Of a stretch of DNA of 64,000 nucleotides, positions 46,183 through 55,819 are shown in pieces. The DNA is from an uncultured Gammaproteobacteria bacterium. Lineage in GTDB: Bacteria; Patescibacteriota; Patescibacteriia; Magasanikbacterales; UBA922. The notes beneath the pieces are model-generated. The model did no database searches and was not told the DNA's origin. It saw nothing but the letters and a program-made list of their open reading frames with translations. Position numbers and translations under genes: made by a program. The first letter of the stretch is position 1. Each line of letters starts with the position of its first letter. The stretch is taken from NCBI GenBank assembly GCA_964435035.1, contig CAYSXR010000006.1, positions 420 to 64,419 on the forward strand, read 5' to 3'.

Positions 46183-46214
46183 AAAAAATCCGTCCTCAGA
46201 CTCGGAGGACGGAT
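46183..46214 (-). terminator. Terminator hairpin downstream of tRNA-Arg(TCT)
   Basis: ATCCGTCCTC-agactcg-GAGGACGGAT preceded by AAAAAA, giving a T-run on the minus strand. Confidence 0.65.
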
Positions 46215-46222
46215 GTAGTGTG

Positions 46223-46294
46223 TGGGCCCAGCAGGAATCGAACCTGCATAACCAGCTTAGAAGGCTGGTGTTCTATCCATTGAACTATAGGCCC
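46223..46294 (-). tRNA. tRNA-Arg (anticodon TCT)
   Basis: The reverse complement is GGGCCTATAGTTCAATGGATAGAACACCAGCCTTCTAAGCTGGTTATGCAGGTTCGATTCCTGCTGGGCCCA, with anticodon stem CCAGC/GCTGG and loop CTTCTAA. Confidence 0.75.
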
Positions 46295-46336
46295 ATTAAA
46301 AATTTCTAATTATTCTAATTAACCCAATTTTTAAAT

Positions 46337-46370
46337 ACTAGACAACTAGATAACCAGTAAACCAGATAAC
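46337..46370. repeat. Dispersed motif copy 3 (reverse orientation)
   Basis: The reverse complement is GTTATCTGGTTTACTGGTTATCTAGTTGTCTAGT. It has a 25-nt exact match to 9333..9357. Confidence 0.6.
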
Positions 46371-46410
46371 ATGTGTAACCACGACATACTACCGTCCAAA
46401 TGCTTGTTTG

Positions 46411-47424
46411 TCAATCATCATTTCGTTTCTTACCATGGAATTTTTTATGAATATTAAGCAATTCTTTGTCAGTAATATGCGTGTATATCTGTGTGGTTGT
46501 AATTGATGCATGCCCGAGCATTGATTGTACACTTCTAATGTCTGCCCCATTTTGGAGCAAATCAGTGGCATAGGAGTGTCGTAGGGTATGTGGAGTCACT
46601 GATTTAGTTATTCCTGCTTCACGGGCATGTTTTTGGACTATACGTTGCACTGAGCGAGGGGTTAGTGGTTCATCCGGACTATTTTTCGAAGAATTTTTTA
46701 TTATCTCATGTTTTTTTGTTCGTTTGTCATGTGATACAAAGAGGTAGGGATGGATATCATTTCGGAGATCTAAATATTTCTTAAGAAAGTATTTTGCTTG
46801 CTCTGAGAGGAAAACGACGCGAGCTTTACGTCCCTTACCAACAACCGTAAACTCATCACGTTTTAGGTTTACATCATCTTTCTTGAGTTTTACTAATTCT
46901 GACACGCGAAGACCGGTAGAAAATAGTAATTCAAGGATAGATTTGTCTCGGTAAGCAATTAAGAGGGTAGGTCCAGCAGAAATCTTACTTCCCTCTGCTT
47001 CCAATTTTTTTGTATTAATATGTTTGAGTGGAGCTTCAAGAATACGGTTGAGATCACTCCCATCGAGAAATGATACCTCGCGATCGGGCATCTTCATGAG
47101 CTCTATTTTTTCAGCAGAAAGCGTTTTGATATCTCGTTTGGCAAGGTATTTGAGAAACGTGCGTAGTGCAATCAAATGATAGTTCTGAGTATTCTTTTTT
47201 AAAGGCTCACCATGTACATCAATCAGCCGATTGAGCCAGAGGCGGTACTGGCGGATGTCTTCGAACGTAATATTTTCTGGTTTTTTATCTTCCCCAAACC
47301 ATTCCACAAAGCGACGAAGATAAAAATCGTAGTTTTTGGTAGTCTTATCACTTCGATTTTTTTCAATTTCGAGGTGTTCGAGGAAATCAGTTTTGTATTT
47401 GGTGAGCGTTTGCATATATTGCAT
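46411..47424 (-). CDS. Tyrosine recombinase XerC/XerD-like
   Basis: An N-terminal SAM-like DNA-binding domain and a C-terminal catalytic domain with the RHxxR/Y box (TPHTLRHSYATDLLQNGADIRSVQSMLGHASITTTQIYTHI). The start was chosen at MQYMQTL. The ORF-track 5' extension is hydrophobic and likely spurious. Confidence 0.8.
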   Translation of the reverse strand: MQYMQTLTKYKTDFLEHLEIEKNRSDKTTKNYDFYLRRFVEWFGEDKKPENITFEDIRQYRLWLNRLIDVHGEPLKKNTQNYHLIALRTFLKYLAKRDIKTLSAEKIELMKMPDREVSFLDGSDLNRILEAPLKHINTKKLEAEGSKISAGPTLLIAYRDKSILELLFSTGLRVSELVKLKKDDVNLKRDEFTVVGKGRKARVVFLSEQAKYFLKKYLDLRNDIHPYLFVSHDKRTKKHEIIKNSSKNSPDEPLTPRSVQRIVQKHAREAGITKSVTPHTLRHSYATDLLQNGADIRSVQSMLGHASITTTQIYTHITDKELLNIHKKFHGKKRNDD

Positions 47425-47752
47425 ATTTTTTTGTGTCGCACAACATAGTATAACAGAAAAAAACAATTTTTCTAGTAAAATGTCGAAAAAACGGGGTTGA
47501 CAAAACGTGTTTTTTGTGGTATAGTATATAACGTTGCAACATACAATATACAAAAACAAATAAACAAAATATGCAACCAAAATATTTGGCCACAGACGCC
47601 ATTAAGTCTGAGTTTTCTTTAGTATATTATTATTTAGCAGCAGGGATAATGATTGCAACAGCAGTATTTATCTTTGTTCCTCGTCTAACATTAAGCTGAC
47701 AAGTGGAAGCAGCCCACCCGGGCTGCTTTCTGTCCTCATTTTTTAACTTACT

Positions 47753-48739
47753 ATGAATAAAAAAATAATATATAGCGCACTAATACTCTCGCTTGGGCTC
47801 ATTTTCTCAAGCGTGCCAGGATTAGTAAAAGCGCAAACTGATGGATCTGCAGCCGAAGTATCAGGAGAGGTGACTGTTGACGCTACATCCAGTAGCGAAA
47901 CAGGTACGTCTGATGAACCTACCGGCTGGAATCTCTTTTTTCTTGGAGTGAAAGAACGTTTTTCACTTCTCACCACATTCGACCCGGTGAAAAAAGCAGA
48001 AAAAGCATTGAAGTTTGCTGAAGAGCGAACAAAAATTGCAGAGAAAATGGCAGAAAAGACCAATGATCCAAAAGTACAAGCACGTCTCGATAGAGTGCTT
48101 AAACGGGCAGGTGAGCTCGAAGAAAGAGCTGATAGTGTAAAAGAAAAACTTTTAGAAAATCCTGACGCACGAGCAAAACTTTTGTTAAAAAATCTTATCA
48201 ATTTTAAAGAGCGTAAAGAAGAAGTATTCTTAAAATTAGAAGAAAAACTGACCTCAGAACAGCTTGAACGCTTGCAAAATATGCGTACACAAGCAGAAGA
48301 GAAAAGCCAGGCTCTTATAAATGCGCTTGAGAATAGCAATCTCCCTGAAGAGGTTCGTGAGCATCTAGAAAGTGTAAAAGTAAAAATTGAAGAGCATCAA
48401 GAAGAAGTTAAAGAATTCCGTGATGAACAAAAAGAACTTCTTGATCGGATAAAAACTGGCGATGATTCTGCAAAAGAAGAATTGCGCACACTCAGAGAAG
48501 ATCGAAAGGTAGAAATTAAAACAAATGTTGAGGATCGTAAAGAAAATAGACAAGAGATAAAACTAAAACTTGAAGAAAAGGCTGATGATCATCCTGCAGC
48601 AGAGCGTAAGCTCGAGCGAATGGAAGATCTAGAAGAGGGTCGAGAGAAAGAGCGAGAGCGAATGGAATCTGATTCTGGTGAAAGAAAACAGAGACAGGTT
48701 CGTCCAGTCTTACCGCTTCAAGAACGACCTCAAAATTAA
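47753..48739 (+). CDS. Secreted Glu/Lys/Arg-rich coiled-coil protein
   Basis: A signal peptide (MNKKIIYSALILSLGLIFSSVPGLVKA) and then about 280 aa of charged heptad-like sequence. Confidence 0.5.
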   Translation: MNKKIIYSALILSLGLIFSSVPGLVKAQTDGSAAEVSGEVTVDATSSSETGTSDEPTGWNLFFLGVKERFSLLTTFDPVKKAEKALKFAEERTKIAEKMAEKTNDPKVQARLDRVLKRAGELEERADSVKEKLLENPDARAKLLLKNLINFKERKEEVFLKLEEKLTSEQLERLQNMRTQAEEKSQALINALENSNLPEEVREHLESVKVKIEEHQEEVKEFRDEQKELLDRIKTGDDSAKEELRTLREDRKVEIKTNVEDRKENRQEIKLKLEEKADDHPAAERKLERMEDLEEGREKERERMESDSGERKQRQVRPVLPLQERPQN

Positions 48740-48751
48740 TTAGAACTATAA

Positions 48752-48780
48752 GACTGGTTGAAATCCAGTCTTTTTTTCGC
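48752..48780 (+). terminator. Rho-independent terminator
   Basis: AGACTGGttgaaatCCAGTCT followed by TTTTTTT. Confidence 0.6.
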
Positions 48781-48794
48781 TATGCTTAGGTCCT

Positions 48795-49277
48795 ATGAAA
48801 CCAGAACTTACTCTCATACTCCCTAATATCCGCTCATGCCACAATGTGGGTGCCATGTTTCGGACAGCCGATGCATGCGGATTTAATAAAATCTATCTCG
48901 TTGGGTATACCCCTGTTCCGCCACGTCCTGAAATAGATAAGGTAGCTTTGGGGGCTGAAAAAACAGTGCCTTGGGAACATAAGAAGAGCTTGGCGCGGTT
49001 GCTCACTAGTTTGAAAAAAGAAGGATATACTATTGTTGCTTTGGAAAAAACAAAAGAGAGTGTTGAATTAAGTAAACTAACTAAAAAATTACTTGGTACA
49101 AAAATAGCTCTCATTGTAGGAAACGAAGTTGAGGGAATTGATGTAAAGAATATTAAGAAGAGTGATATCGTCACGCATATTCCTATGCGTGGAATGAAGG
49201 AGAGTCTCAATGTGTCTGTGGCTGCGGGAATTGCGATGTACGCGGTAACCCAAAAAATAAAGAAAGATAGAAAGTAG
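48795..49277 (+). CDS. TrmH/SpoU-family RNA 2'-O-methyltransferase
   Basis: 160 aa with SpoU motifs (LVGYTP, LIVGNEVEGI, IPMRGMKESLNVSVAAGIAMY). Confidence 0.75.
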   Translation: MKPELTLILPNIRSCHNVGAMFRTADACGFNKIYLVGYTPVPPRPEIDKVALGAEKTVPWEHKKSLARLLTSLKKEGYTIVALEKTKESVELSKLTKKLLGTKIALIVGNEVEGIDVKNIKKSDIVTHIPMRGMKESLNVSVAAGIAMYAVTQKIKKDRK

Positions 49278-49426
49278 GGAGGAACAGAAGACAAGTTTTA
49301 CTGCTATATGTTGATTGACAAACAGCATATTTTGTGGTATATCATATATCGTTTTTGGTGTAGTTTTGTTATACTCTCCACATATTTTTTTGAAAATACT
49401 ATAAAAATCTATTCTACATAATTTGT

Positions 49427-50470
49427 ATGTCTACACTTAAATCGCTGCATTATATTCGTTCTCTACCAGAAGGTGTGATTCAGGGTGAAGAAGTCAGTAT
49501 ATCAACTAAAAGAATTTTAGAAGAAGCCGAAAATTTGGGAATTACGTGGGAAATACTACCTAATACCGAGATGATTAGGTTAAGTTATAAGGATAACGTA
49601 CAAATTGTAAAAAACCGTCTTCCAAATACGACGAGTAAAAATGCATATGAGGTCTGTCATGATAAGCAGATATGTAAAATGATACTCGAAAAAGCTGGAT
49701 TGGAGGGGATGCCAGGATTCCTTATTTATAAAGAAGACACTGAAGTACGGATCAAGTCCATGTGGGATGCTTTACAAAAGCCATTAGTATTAAAGCCCTC
49801 AAAAGGCTCTCATGGCGACGGAGTAATCGTTGGGCTTACAGATTTTTCTGAATGTGTAGGAAAAATTCGTGAATATTTTGAGACACCTCTGTATGAAGGC
49901 GGATTAATATTAGAAGAAATGTTTGTGGGTAAGGAGTATCGAATTCTCGCAACGCCAGAAAAAGTGTTGGCAGTGATCGAGAGAATTCCTGCGCACGTAA
50001 TAGGTGATGGAAAACATACGATTGAACAGTTGATTGAAATTGAAAATCGTAATCCTATACGTAATATTAATGAGTTTATTTACCCGCATCTTGCTTTGAA
50101 CGAGACTTCTTTTAAACTTCTCAGAGCACAAAAATTAACTCCGGAGTCTGTGCCGGAAAACGGGCAGCATGTGGTGCTCCAAAAAATTTCTAATATTATG
50201 GCTGGAGGAGTGGCTATTGATCGGACAGATGAAGTGCATGAGTCAGTTAAAAGAATTGCGATAGAAGCAACCCGTGCAATTCCAGGTCTCAGTTGGACAG
50301 GTATTGATTTTATGACTAAAGATGTCTACAAACCGCAGTCAAAAGGTACTTATACGATTATCGAAATGAACCACGCACCTGGATTTGACATGCATGATAT
50401 GCCAATGCAGGGCGAGCCAAGAGGGGTAACAAAAGAGTTTTTATATTTAATGTTTCCGGAGTTGCGCTAG
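49427..50470 (+). CDS. ATP-grasp ligase (RimK / cyanophycin-synthetase N-terminal-like)
   Basis: ATP-grasp core (KPLVLKPSKGSHGDGV, LILEEMFVGKEYRILA, IIEMNHAPG). Confidence 0.55.
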   Translation: MSTLKSLHYIRSLPEGVIQGEEVSISTKRILEEAENLGITWEILPNTEMIRLSYKDNVQIVKNRLPNTTSKNAYEVCHDKQICKMILEKAGLEGMPGFLIYKEDTEVRIKSMWDALQKPLVLKPSKGSHGDGVIVGLTDFSECVGKIREYFETPLYEGGLILEEMFVGKEYRILATPEKVLAVIERIPAHVIGDGKHTIEQLIEIENRNPIRNINEFIYPHLALNETSFKLLRAQKLTPESVPENGQHVVLQKISNIMAGGVAIDRTDEVHESVKRIAIEATRAIPGLSWTGIDFMTKDVYKPQSKGTYTIIEMNHAPGFDMHDMPMQGEPRGVTKEFLYLMFPELR

Positions 50471-50487
50471 TATACAAAATATATAAA

Positions 50488-50512
50488 AGTCGGCGAAAGC
50501 CGGTTTTTTTAT
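50488..50512 (+). terminator. Rho-independent terminator
   Basis: GTCGGCgaaaGCCGG followed by TTTTTTTATTT. Confidence 0.55.
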
Positions 50513-50614
50513 TTCTATGTATTAATCTATCACTGTATACTGGAACAATTTTGCTAAAAATCAACCGGTATCGTATAGTGTTAAGTACTTTATTAAGTGG
50601 GGTAATAAATATAT

Positions 50615-51283
50615 ATGAATACAGTAGTTTTCGATATCGAGACAATTCCAGTACCTTTTGACGAATTGGATGAAGATCAACAAAGTTATTTGCTTAAATT
50701 TGCGGAAAATGGGGAAGATGAAGAAAAAGTAAAACAACAAATGGCGTTGTGGGCTCCGACGAACAGGATTGTAGCGATCGGTATGCTCTCAATCGAGAGC
50801 GGAAAAGGAGCGGTTTACTTTCAGGTCTCAGGAGAGGTAGTTGAACCATATGAAAAAGATGGAATTAAGTACGAGTGTGGTACTGAAAAAGAAATTCTCG
50901 AAAAATTCTGGAAAGCAATTTCATTTTCTCATAAATTTGTCACCTTTAATGGACGTGGATTTGACTGTCCAGTACTCATGCTCCGGTCAGCAATGCTTGG
51001 GGTGAAGCCTACTAAAAATTTAGCTCCCTATCGGTATAGTACTGATGCTCACGTCGATTTACTTGAGCAATTGACCTTCTATAATGCATATCGGAAATTC
51101 AATCTTGATTTTTATTGCAAAGCATTTGGAATCAAGTCGCCCAAATCAAATGGGATGAACGGGCATGAAGTATTGCCCATGTTTCAAGCAGGAAAATGCA
51201 AGGAAATTGCAGAGTATTGTGCGGGAGATTTGCATGCAACAAAAGAATTGTATATACGGTGGAAAGAGAATTTATCTTTCTAG
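50615..51283 (+). CDS. RNase H-like 3'-5' exonuclease (PolB-exo-like, DEDD)
   Basis: N-terminal VVFDIETIP (Exo I) and a later FNGRGFDCPVL. 222 aa. Confidence 0.55.
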   Translation: MNTVVFDIETIPVPFDELDEDQQSYLLKFAENGEDEEKVKQQMALWAPTNRIVAIGMLSIESGKGAVYFQVSGEVVEPYEKDGIKYECGTEKEILEKFWKAISFSHKFVTFNGRGFDCPVLMLRSAMLGVKPTKNLAPYRYSTDAHVDLLEQLTFYNAYRKFNLDFYCKAFGIKSPKSNGMNGHEVLPMFQAGKCKEIAEYCAGDLHATKELYIRWKENLSF

Positions 51284-51414
51284 AATGTAAAACTTAAATC
51301 TCAAAACGCAAAACTGTAACTTAAATGTCAAAACTTTTAGTTTTTAGCTATAGTTTTAACTTTTGAGTTTTACGCTTTGAGTTTACCTGAATTTTGCCGT
51401 ATACTATCTCCACT

Positions 51415-52119
51415 ATGCAACCCATCATTCAACATACCCTCACCATTTACGAAACGATTCTTAATCGTCTCCCACCATTAGTACCTCGAAATGTAAAACA
51501 AAATCTTGAGGTAGAGATCGATCGTCTTTTTAGAACCGAAAGCACCACTCTTCACGAAGTAGAACAATCCATGGCAGAACATGGCATGATTGTATGGCCG
51601 TATATGCGGGCATTTGAAGAAATGGTGGAACATCATGAAAAAACAATGGGTGATAAGTTTTTCATGCAAAAGGCTTCTCCGGGTCTCCGAAAAAAATATC
51701 TGCTAGTGCGTGATTTGGGCGGAGAATTTACACACGTATCACGTGGTACATTACCTGAGCATTTTAATCATGCTGAAAAACAAGAATTGAATGAACTATT
51801 GGTAGATTTGAAGCATGATATCCGACGCTACGCTATGCAGGCAGTACTCACCCATGATCGAAAAACATATGAAGAAAAGATCGAATATTATGGTGGTATG
51901 ATAGAAGAAATTAATAAGGTACTTACATCACTTCGAGATCTTGCTGAAAACCAAAATGAACATCATCGTGATTTGGCACAGGATATTCAGAGTAACATTA
52001 AAGCAATCGAACATAGTATTTCATTTCTCGGCCCACGAATAGAAATAGAAGAAATACGAGGAATGCCCGAGTATTTTCAAGGAAAAAGAGAAGAACGGAA
52101 AGTTCGATGGGGAGTATAA
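51415..52119 (+). CDS. Hypothetical helical protein
   Basis: A clean ORF with the start chosen at MQPIIQ. No recognisable domain. Confidence 0.4.
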   Translation: MQPIIQHTLTIYETILNRLPPLVPRNVKQNLEVEIDRLFRTESTTLHEVEQSMAEHGMIVWPYMRAFEEMVEHHEKTMGDKFFMQKASPGLRKKYLLVRDLGGEFTHVSRGTLPEHFNHAEKQELNELLVDLKHDIRRYAMQAVLTHDRKTYEEKIEYYGGMIEEINKVLTSLRDLAENQNEHHRDLAQDIQSNIKAIEHSISFLGPRIEIEEIRGMPEYFQGKREERKVRWGV

Positions 52120-52158
52120 TAAAATAATGTAGGTGTGCTGCAACACACCTACATTATT

Positions 52159-52962
52159 TTATTTCCAGTCTGGTGAGGAAGGGATTTCGCTATGTCTTAT
52201 TGTGTGTGTACTATAATGTTTGTTTGAGAACAGTATTGGAAATTTTGTCTTAAGGTCATCATCTGATTTTTCTGAAATAAGCAATGCTGTGGTAGCAAAT
52301 TCGTCATGTGTGTTGCCCAAAAATACGAGCATGTCATCGGCAAATTCAGGCACACGATCGAATATTTCATTCAATGTGTCTGTGGGAACATGTTTGCGAG
52401 GGATAAATGGACGACCACCAATTTGAGTTTTGTAACAGGGAAGTCCGATTGCAGAATGAAACCCATATACATTACGGTCAACTCCGTGTGAAACAAATTC
52501 ATACCCGTTCTTCAAGGCGTATTCATTTAAGTGAATCTCCGCAACAAAAGCAATACTAATCGGAGTTTTTTCCGGTATGTGGTGAGGGAAGAATTTGTAA
52601 TTACTTGAAACACTTTTTGTCTCAGTGTTGTGTGAAAGAATTAATCCCCCCAGATATTCTGTATTTTTGTATAATGATAATGCAGCGTATTCTCTCCCCC
52701 GTTCTCTCCCTTTTTTAATTCTATCTCGAATAGGGAAAATAACACCTCGTTCTTTCGAGGCGATATGCGCCTCATACAAAGGAATAAATTTATCCAAATA
52801 TGAATCATCAATATTTTCAATAATAAAACGATATCCTGCTTCTTCCAGAATGGGTATGGATTTTTTGATACGAGATGCTGTTTGTTTTCCAAACGGAGAA
52901 AAAGGGTCCGAATCTTTGAAGAAAATTTGCCAACTAATATGACGAGGAAAGAATATATCCAT
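52159..52962 (-). CDS. Hypothetical protein (between two ATP-grasp genes)
   Basis: 267-aa ORF with no motif I can name. It is convergent with the 51415 gene. Confidence 0.4.
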   Translation of the reverse strand: MDIFFPRHISWQIFFKDSDPFSPFGKQTASRIKKSIPILEEAGYRFIIENIDDSYLDKFIPLYEAHIASKERGVIFPIRDRIKKGRERGREYAALSLYKNTEYLGGLILSHNTETKSVSSNYKFFPHHIPEKTPISIAFVAEIHLNEYALKNGYEFVSHGVDRNVYGFHSAIGLPCYKTQIGGRPFIPRKHVPTDTLNEIFDRVPEFADDMLVFLGNTHDEFATTALLISEKSDDDLKTKFPILFSNKHYSTHTIRHSEIPSSPDWK

Positions 52963-53006
52963 AGTTTATTGATGTGTGTCTGATATGGAATTAGATGATG
53001 CCTATA

Positions 53007-54290
53007 TTATACCACTTCTATTTCAATCATCTGTTCGAGTCGGTGCACATCAGCGAGCAGTTTTGATTTTTCAGGATTAAACAAGATGATGTTAAATATA
53101 CCGGTCCCACCATTTTTTGCATAATTACACTGATCTCCAATTTTTTTATTAATCGTAATTTCTTTGAAAGATTCGAGTTCTTGTGCGCGTTTGAGGCCTG
53201 CAAGCTTCGTGAGCTTTCCTTCTTTTCGTGCAAAAAATTGCATTCCTGCGGTATATCCTTTCAGCTTTCGTTTAATAATTGGTTTTTCAGGGATACGAAT
53301 CAAAAAGTCGTTAACCGAATGTGGTATTCCATAGGAGTATCCATACATTTCATTACGGAATCCCCCAATCCTGGCACCTACTTCGATAACTTTCCATCCG
53401 CCCTCGGTCTTCATAAGTTCGATATGTGCAGTGGTACTCCGAAGTGCAAGTGCGTGGACTGCTTCACGAGCAACATTTTTGGCGGCTTCAATACTTTCTT
53501 TGCTGAGGTTGGTTGGAAGCATTCGTACATAGCCGAAAAAATCGTCAAATCCGATTGAGCGCCCAGTCTTGATATGCACGAACGGTAAGAAGGTTATTTT
53601 ACCTCTGGTGGTGACATAGGCATCAACTGAATACATCTCTCCTTCCATAAAATGTTCTACAAGTACTTGTGGTTCCCAATTTCCACCAGTACTCTCATAC
53701 ACGGCTTTGATTTTCTTGTATACTTTCTTCAGAGTTGATTCCAACTCTTCTTTGTGAAAACAAAGAGACACTAGTCTGCTGGCAGCAAGTCCGGTTGGTT
53801 TGACGATGAGTGGGAAACCAACGTTTTTCTCGATTTTTTCAAGAGAGGCTGGGTCAGTGTCGGTAACAACGATATAAGGAGGGCAAATTTTTTTATTGTA
53901 GGTATAAAGTCTCCGTCGCATTTCAAGTTTATTTGAGGACCATCGTAGAGATTCACTAGTCGGAGTACGTAGATACGGTACAAAAGGGATGATGCGTGCA
54001 AACATATTAATATAGTCTTCACCACGGCAGGTAATTGCAAGAAGCTCGTCTTCGTAAGGTAAAAGTGCCGCTTGGATCATGCGATCAGAAGAAGTATCAC
54101 ATGGAATCGCTACGTCAATAGATTTCAGTAATTCGTCACTCGGGGAATTACGTTTATCTTTGATGTCGTAGAGTAACCCAATGCGAAGTGGTCGTTTGGT
54201 GCGTTTTGCAAATTTTCTGATATCAGTAATAATATAGGTCGGGATTCTTCCTACATAGAGAACAATATTTTGCTTCTTTTTTAAAGACAT
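53007..54290 (-). CDS. ATP-grasp domain protein
   Basis: GFPLIVKPTGLAASRLVSLCF, VLVEHFMEGEMYSVDAYV and IEVGARIGG are typical of the ATP-grasp fold. Confidence 0.55.
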   Translation of the reverse strand: MSLKKKQNIVLYVGRIPTYIITDIRKFAKRTKRPLRIGLLYDIKDKRNSPSDELLKSIDVAIPCDTSSDRMIQAALLPYEDELLAITCRGEDYINMFARIIPFVPYLRTPTSESLRWSSNKLEMRRRLYTYNKKICPPYIVVTDTDPASLEKIEKNVGFPLIVKPTGLAASRLVSLCFHKEELESTLKKVYKKIKAVYESTGGNWEPQVLVEHFMEGEMYSVDAYVTTRGKITFLPFVHIKTGRSIGFDDFFGYVRMLPTNLSKESIEAAKNVAREAVHALALRSTTAHIELMKTEGGWKVIEVGARIGGFRNEMYGYSYGIPHSVNDFLIRIPEKPIIKRKLKGYTAGMQFFARKEGKLTKLAGLKRAQELESFKEITINKKIGDQCNYAKNGGTGIFNIILFNPEKSKLLADVHRLEQMIEIEVV

Positions 54291-54354
54291 AGGGCAAATT
54301 ATCCGAAGAAAAAGCGTGCGGTTTTATACCACACAGAAGTTATTTTGTCAAGTC

Positions 54355-55407
54355 TTAGACCAGAAGTTTTGGCTTAATTGAGCTATATTTTTTGAGAATA
54401 GTCGCAATTTGTTTTTTGGTAAGGGTGCCTGTGTGTCCACCAAATTGTTGGACAACACCTGAAGCGTTTGCTGTACCCCAGGACATTGCTTGTGGAATCG
54501 AGTGTCCACTGAGGTGTGCACTTATAAATCCACTCGCGTAGGCGTCTCCTGCGCCAGTTCGTGAGAGTGTTTTTACGGGGAACCGTGGCATATGATAGAG
54601 AGACTCTCCATTAGATACATATGATCCTCTCGACCCATCGGTAACCACGACGATCCGAACTCCTTTGGTGTGTAAGAGTGCTATAAGCTCTTGGACAGTC
54701 CCCTTAGATTGGGTAATTTTCTCAGCTTCTTCTTTGTTTACAAATAAAATATCAGTGAAAGGTAAAATTTGTCGTGTTTTTTGTATACCTTGACCAAATT
54801 GGTGTGATCCGGGATTGCATGCCAGAATTACTGTTTTGTGTTTTTTCTTGTATGCAATGACCTCATCCTGAATTCGTTCAAATGTTTTTCCTAGAGAAGT
54901 ATAATAGATGGCTTTGGTAGTGGGTAGTTTTGGCTTCTGGTATGTACGGGGAGCGTGATACGAAAGAATCGTTCGTTCTCCTTTATAGCTCAATACCACT
55001 GAATATCTTGTTTCTTTCCCTTTGTTTATGTGTACGAGGTTGGTATTAACGCCCATTTTGGTCAAATCATCATTGATGAGTAGTCCGTTGATATCTTCTC
55101 CCACTTCAGTGACTATTGCTGTTTTGAGGCCCAATTTTGCGCCTCCAGCAGCTACGTTCGCAGCATTCCCGCCAATTGCTTGGATCGCGCCATTGATCGG
55201 AATTTTATCTGCATACGTAAAACAGAGCTGGCATTCATTGGTTTTGATATCACAGTTGAGAGTGGCTTCGTCGATCAAGAGGAACATGTCGACAGTGGAG
55301 TCACCAATAGTTACAAGATCGTACATAGCATTAGCGTAATTTTTTAACACGTTCGAGTTGTTCAGGGTTATGTTTGTGAAGTCCAGTGAGTATTTCAATA
55401 AATTCAA
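54355..55407 (-). CDS. PfkB-family carbohydrate kinase (ribokinase-like)
   Basis: C-terminal TGAGDAYASGFISAHL and N-terminal LVTIGDSTVDMF. The true start is probably MYDLVTIG at 55326. Confidence 0.75.
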   Translation of the reverse strand: MNLLKYSLDFTNITLNNSNVLKNYANAMYDLVTIGDSTVDMFLLIDEATLNCDIKTNECQLCFTYADKIPINGAIQAIGGNAANVAAGGAKLGLKTAIVTEVGEDINGLLINDDLTKMGVNTNLVHINKGKETRYSVVLSYKGERTILSYHAPRTYQKPKLPTTKAIYYTSLGKTFERIQDEVIAYKKKHKTVILACNPGSHQFGQGIQKTRQILPFTDILFVNKEEAEKITQSKGTVQELIALLHTKGVRIVVVTDGSRGSYVSNGESLYHMPRFPVKTLSRTGAGDAYASGFISAHLSGHSIPQAMSWGTANASGVVQQFGGHTGTLTKKQIATILKKYSSIKPKLLV

Positions 55408-55654
55408 TCATCGAATTCAAGGCGAATGCGCCCATCGCAAGAACAAAGACGAGATTTGCGATGTAAATTGCATAGACGAGAAGGCAGGATGCTCCAAGAA
55501 AAAATACCAAATCCTGTCGGCGCTCTGCTTCGAGAAAGACTCCATATGAAAGAAGGAGAATACCTAAGAAAGCTGAAACATAGACAAGTGTCTCAGTAAT
55601 AGTCGAGGGAAGTACCGGAAATACTGATTCGAGGAACATAGATTTGAAACTCAA
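55331..55654 (-). CDS. Hypothetical 3-TM small membrane protein
   Basis: A 107-aa hydrophobic ORF that fits exactly between pfkB (if it starts at 55326) and the upstream region. Confidence 0.35.
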   Translation of the reverse strand: MSFKSMFLESVFPVLPSTITETLVYVSAFLGILLLSYGVFLEAERRQDLVFFLGASCLLVYAIYIANLVFVLAMGAFALNSMIEFIEILTGLHKHNPEQLERVKKLR

Positions 55655-55819
55655 AGCTCAAAAGTAAAAACGCAAAGCTATAATACAAATGTAAGTATAG
55701 CAAAATGGAAGTAAATAACAAACATGTAATTATTCTAATTGTACTAATTGACCTAAGTACTCTAAATAAATTCAAATCAAGGGTATTTTTAGAATAATTA
55801 GGTTAATTAGAATAATTTA

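Noticed and set aside
46223-47424. Integrase-plus-tRNA as proof of an integrated prophage or ICE
   Set aside because: The recombinase lies on the 5' side of the tRNA, whereas islands integrate at tRNA 3' ends. It has Xer-type architecture, and no att direct repeats or phage genes are visible. This is kept only as a low-interest finding.
47743-48339. 198-aa Ser-rich ORF antisense to the secreted coiled-coil gene
   Set aside because: It is the antisense translation of GAA/AAG-rich repeats, and the sense frame has a signal peptide and regular heptads.
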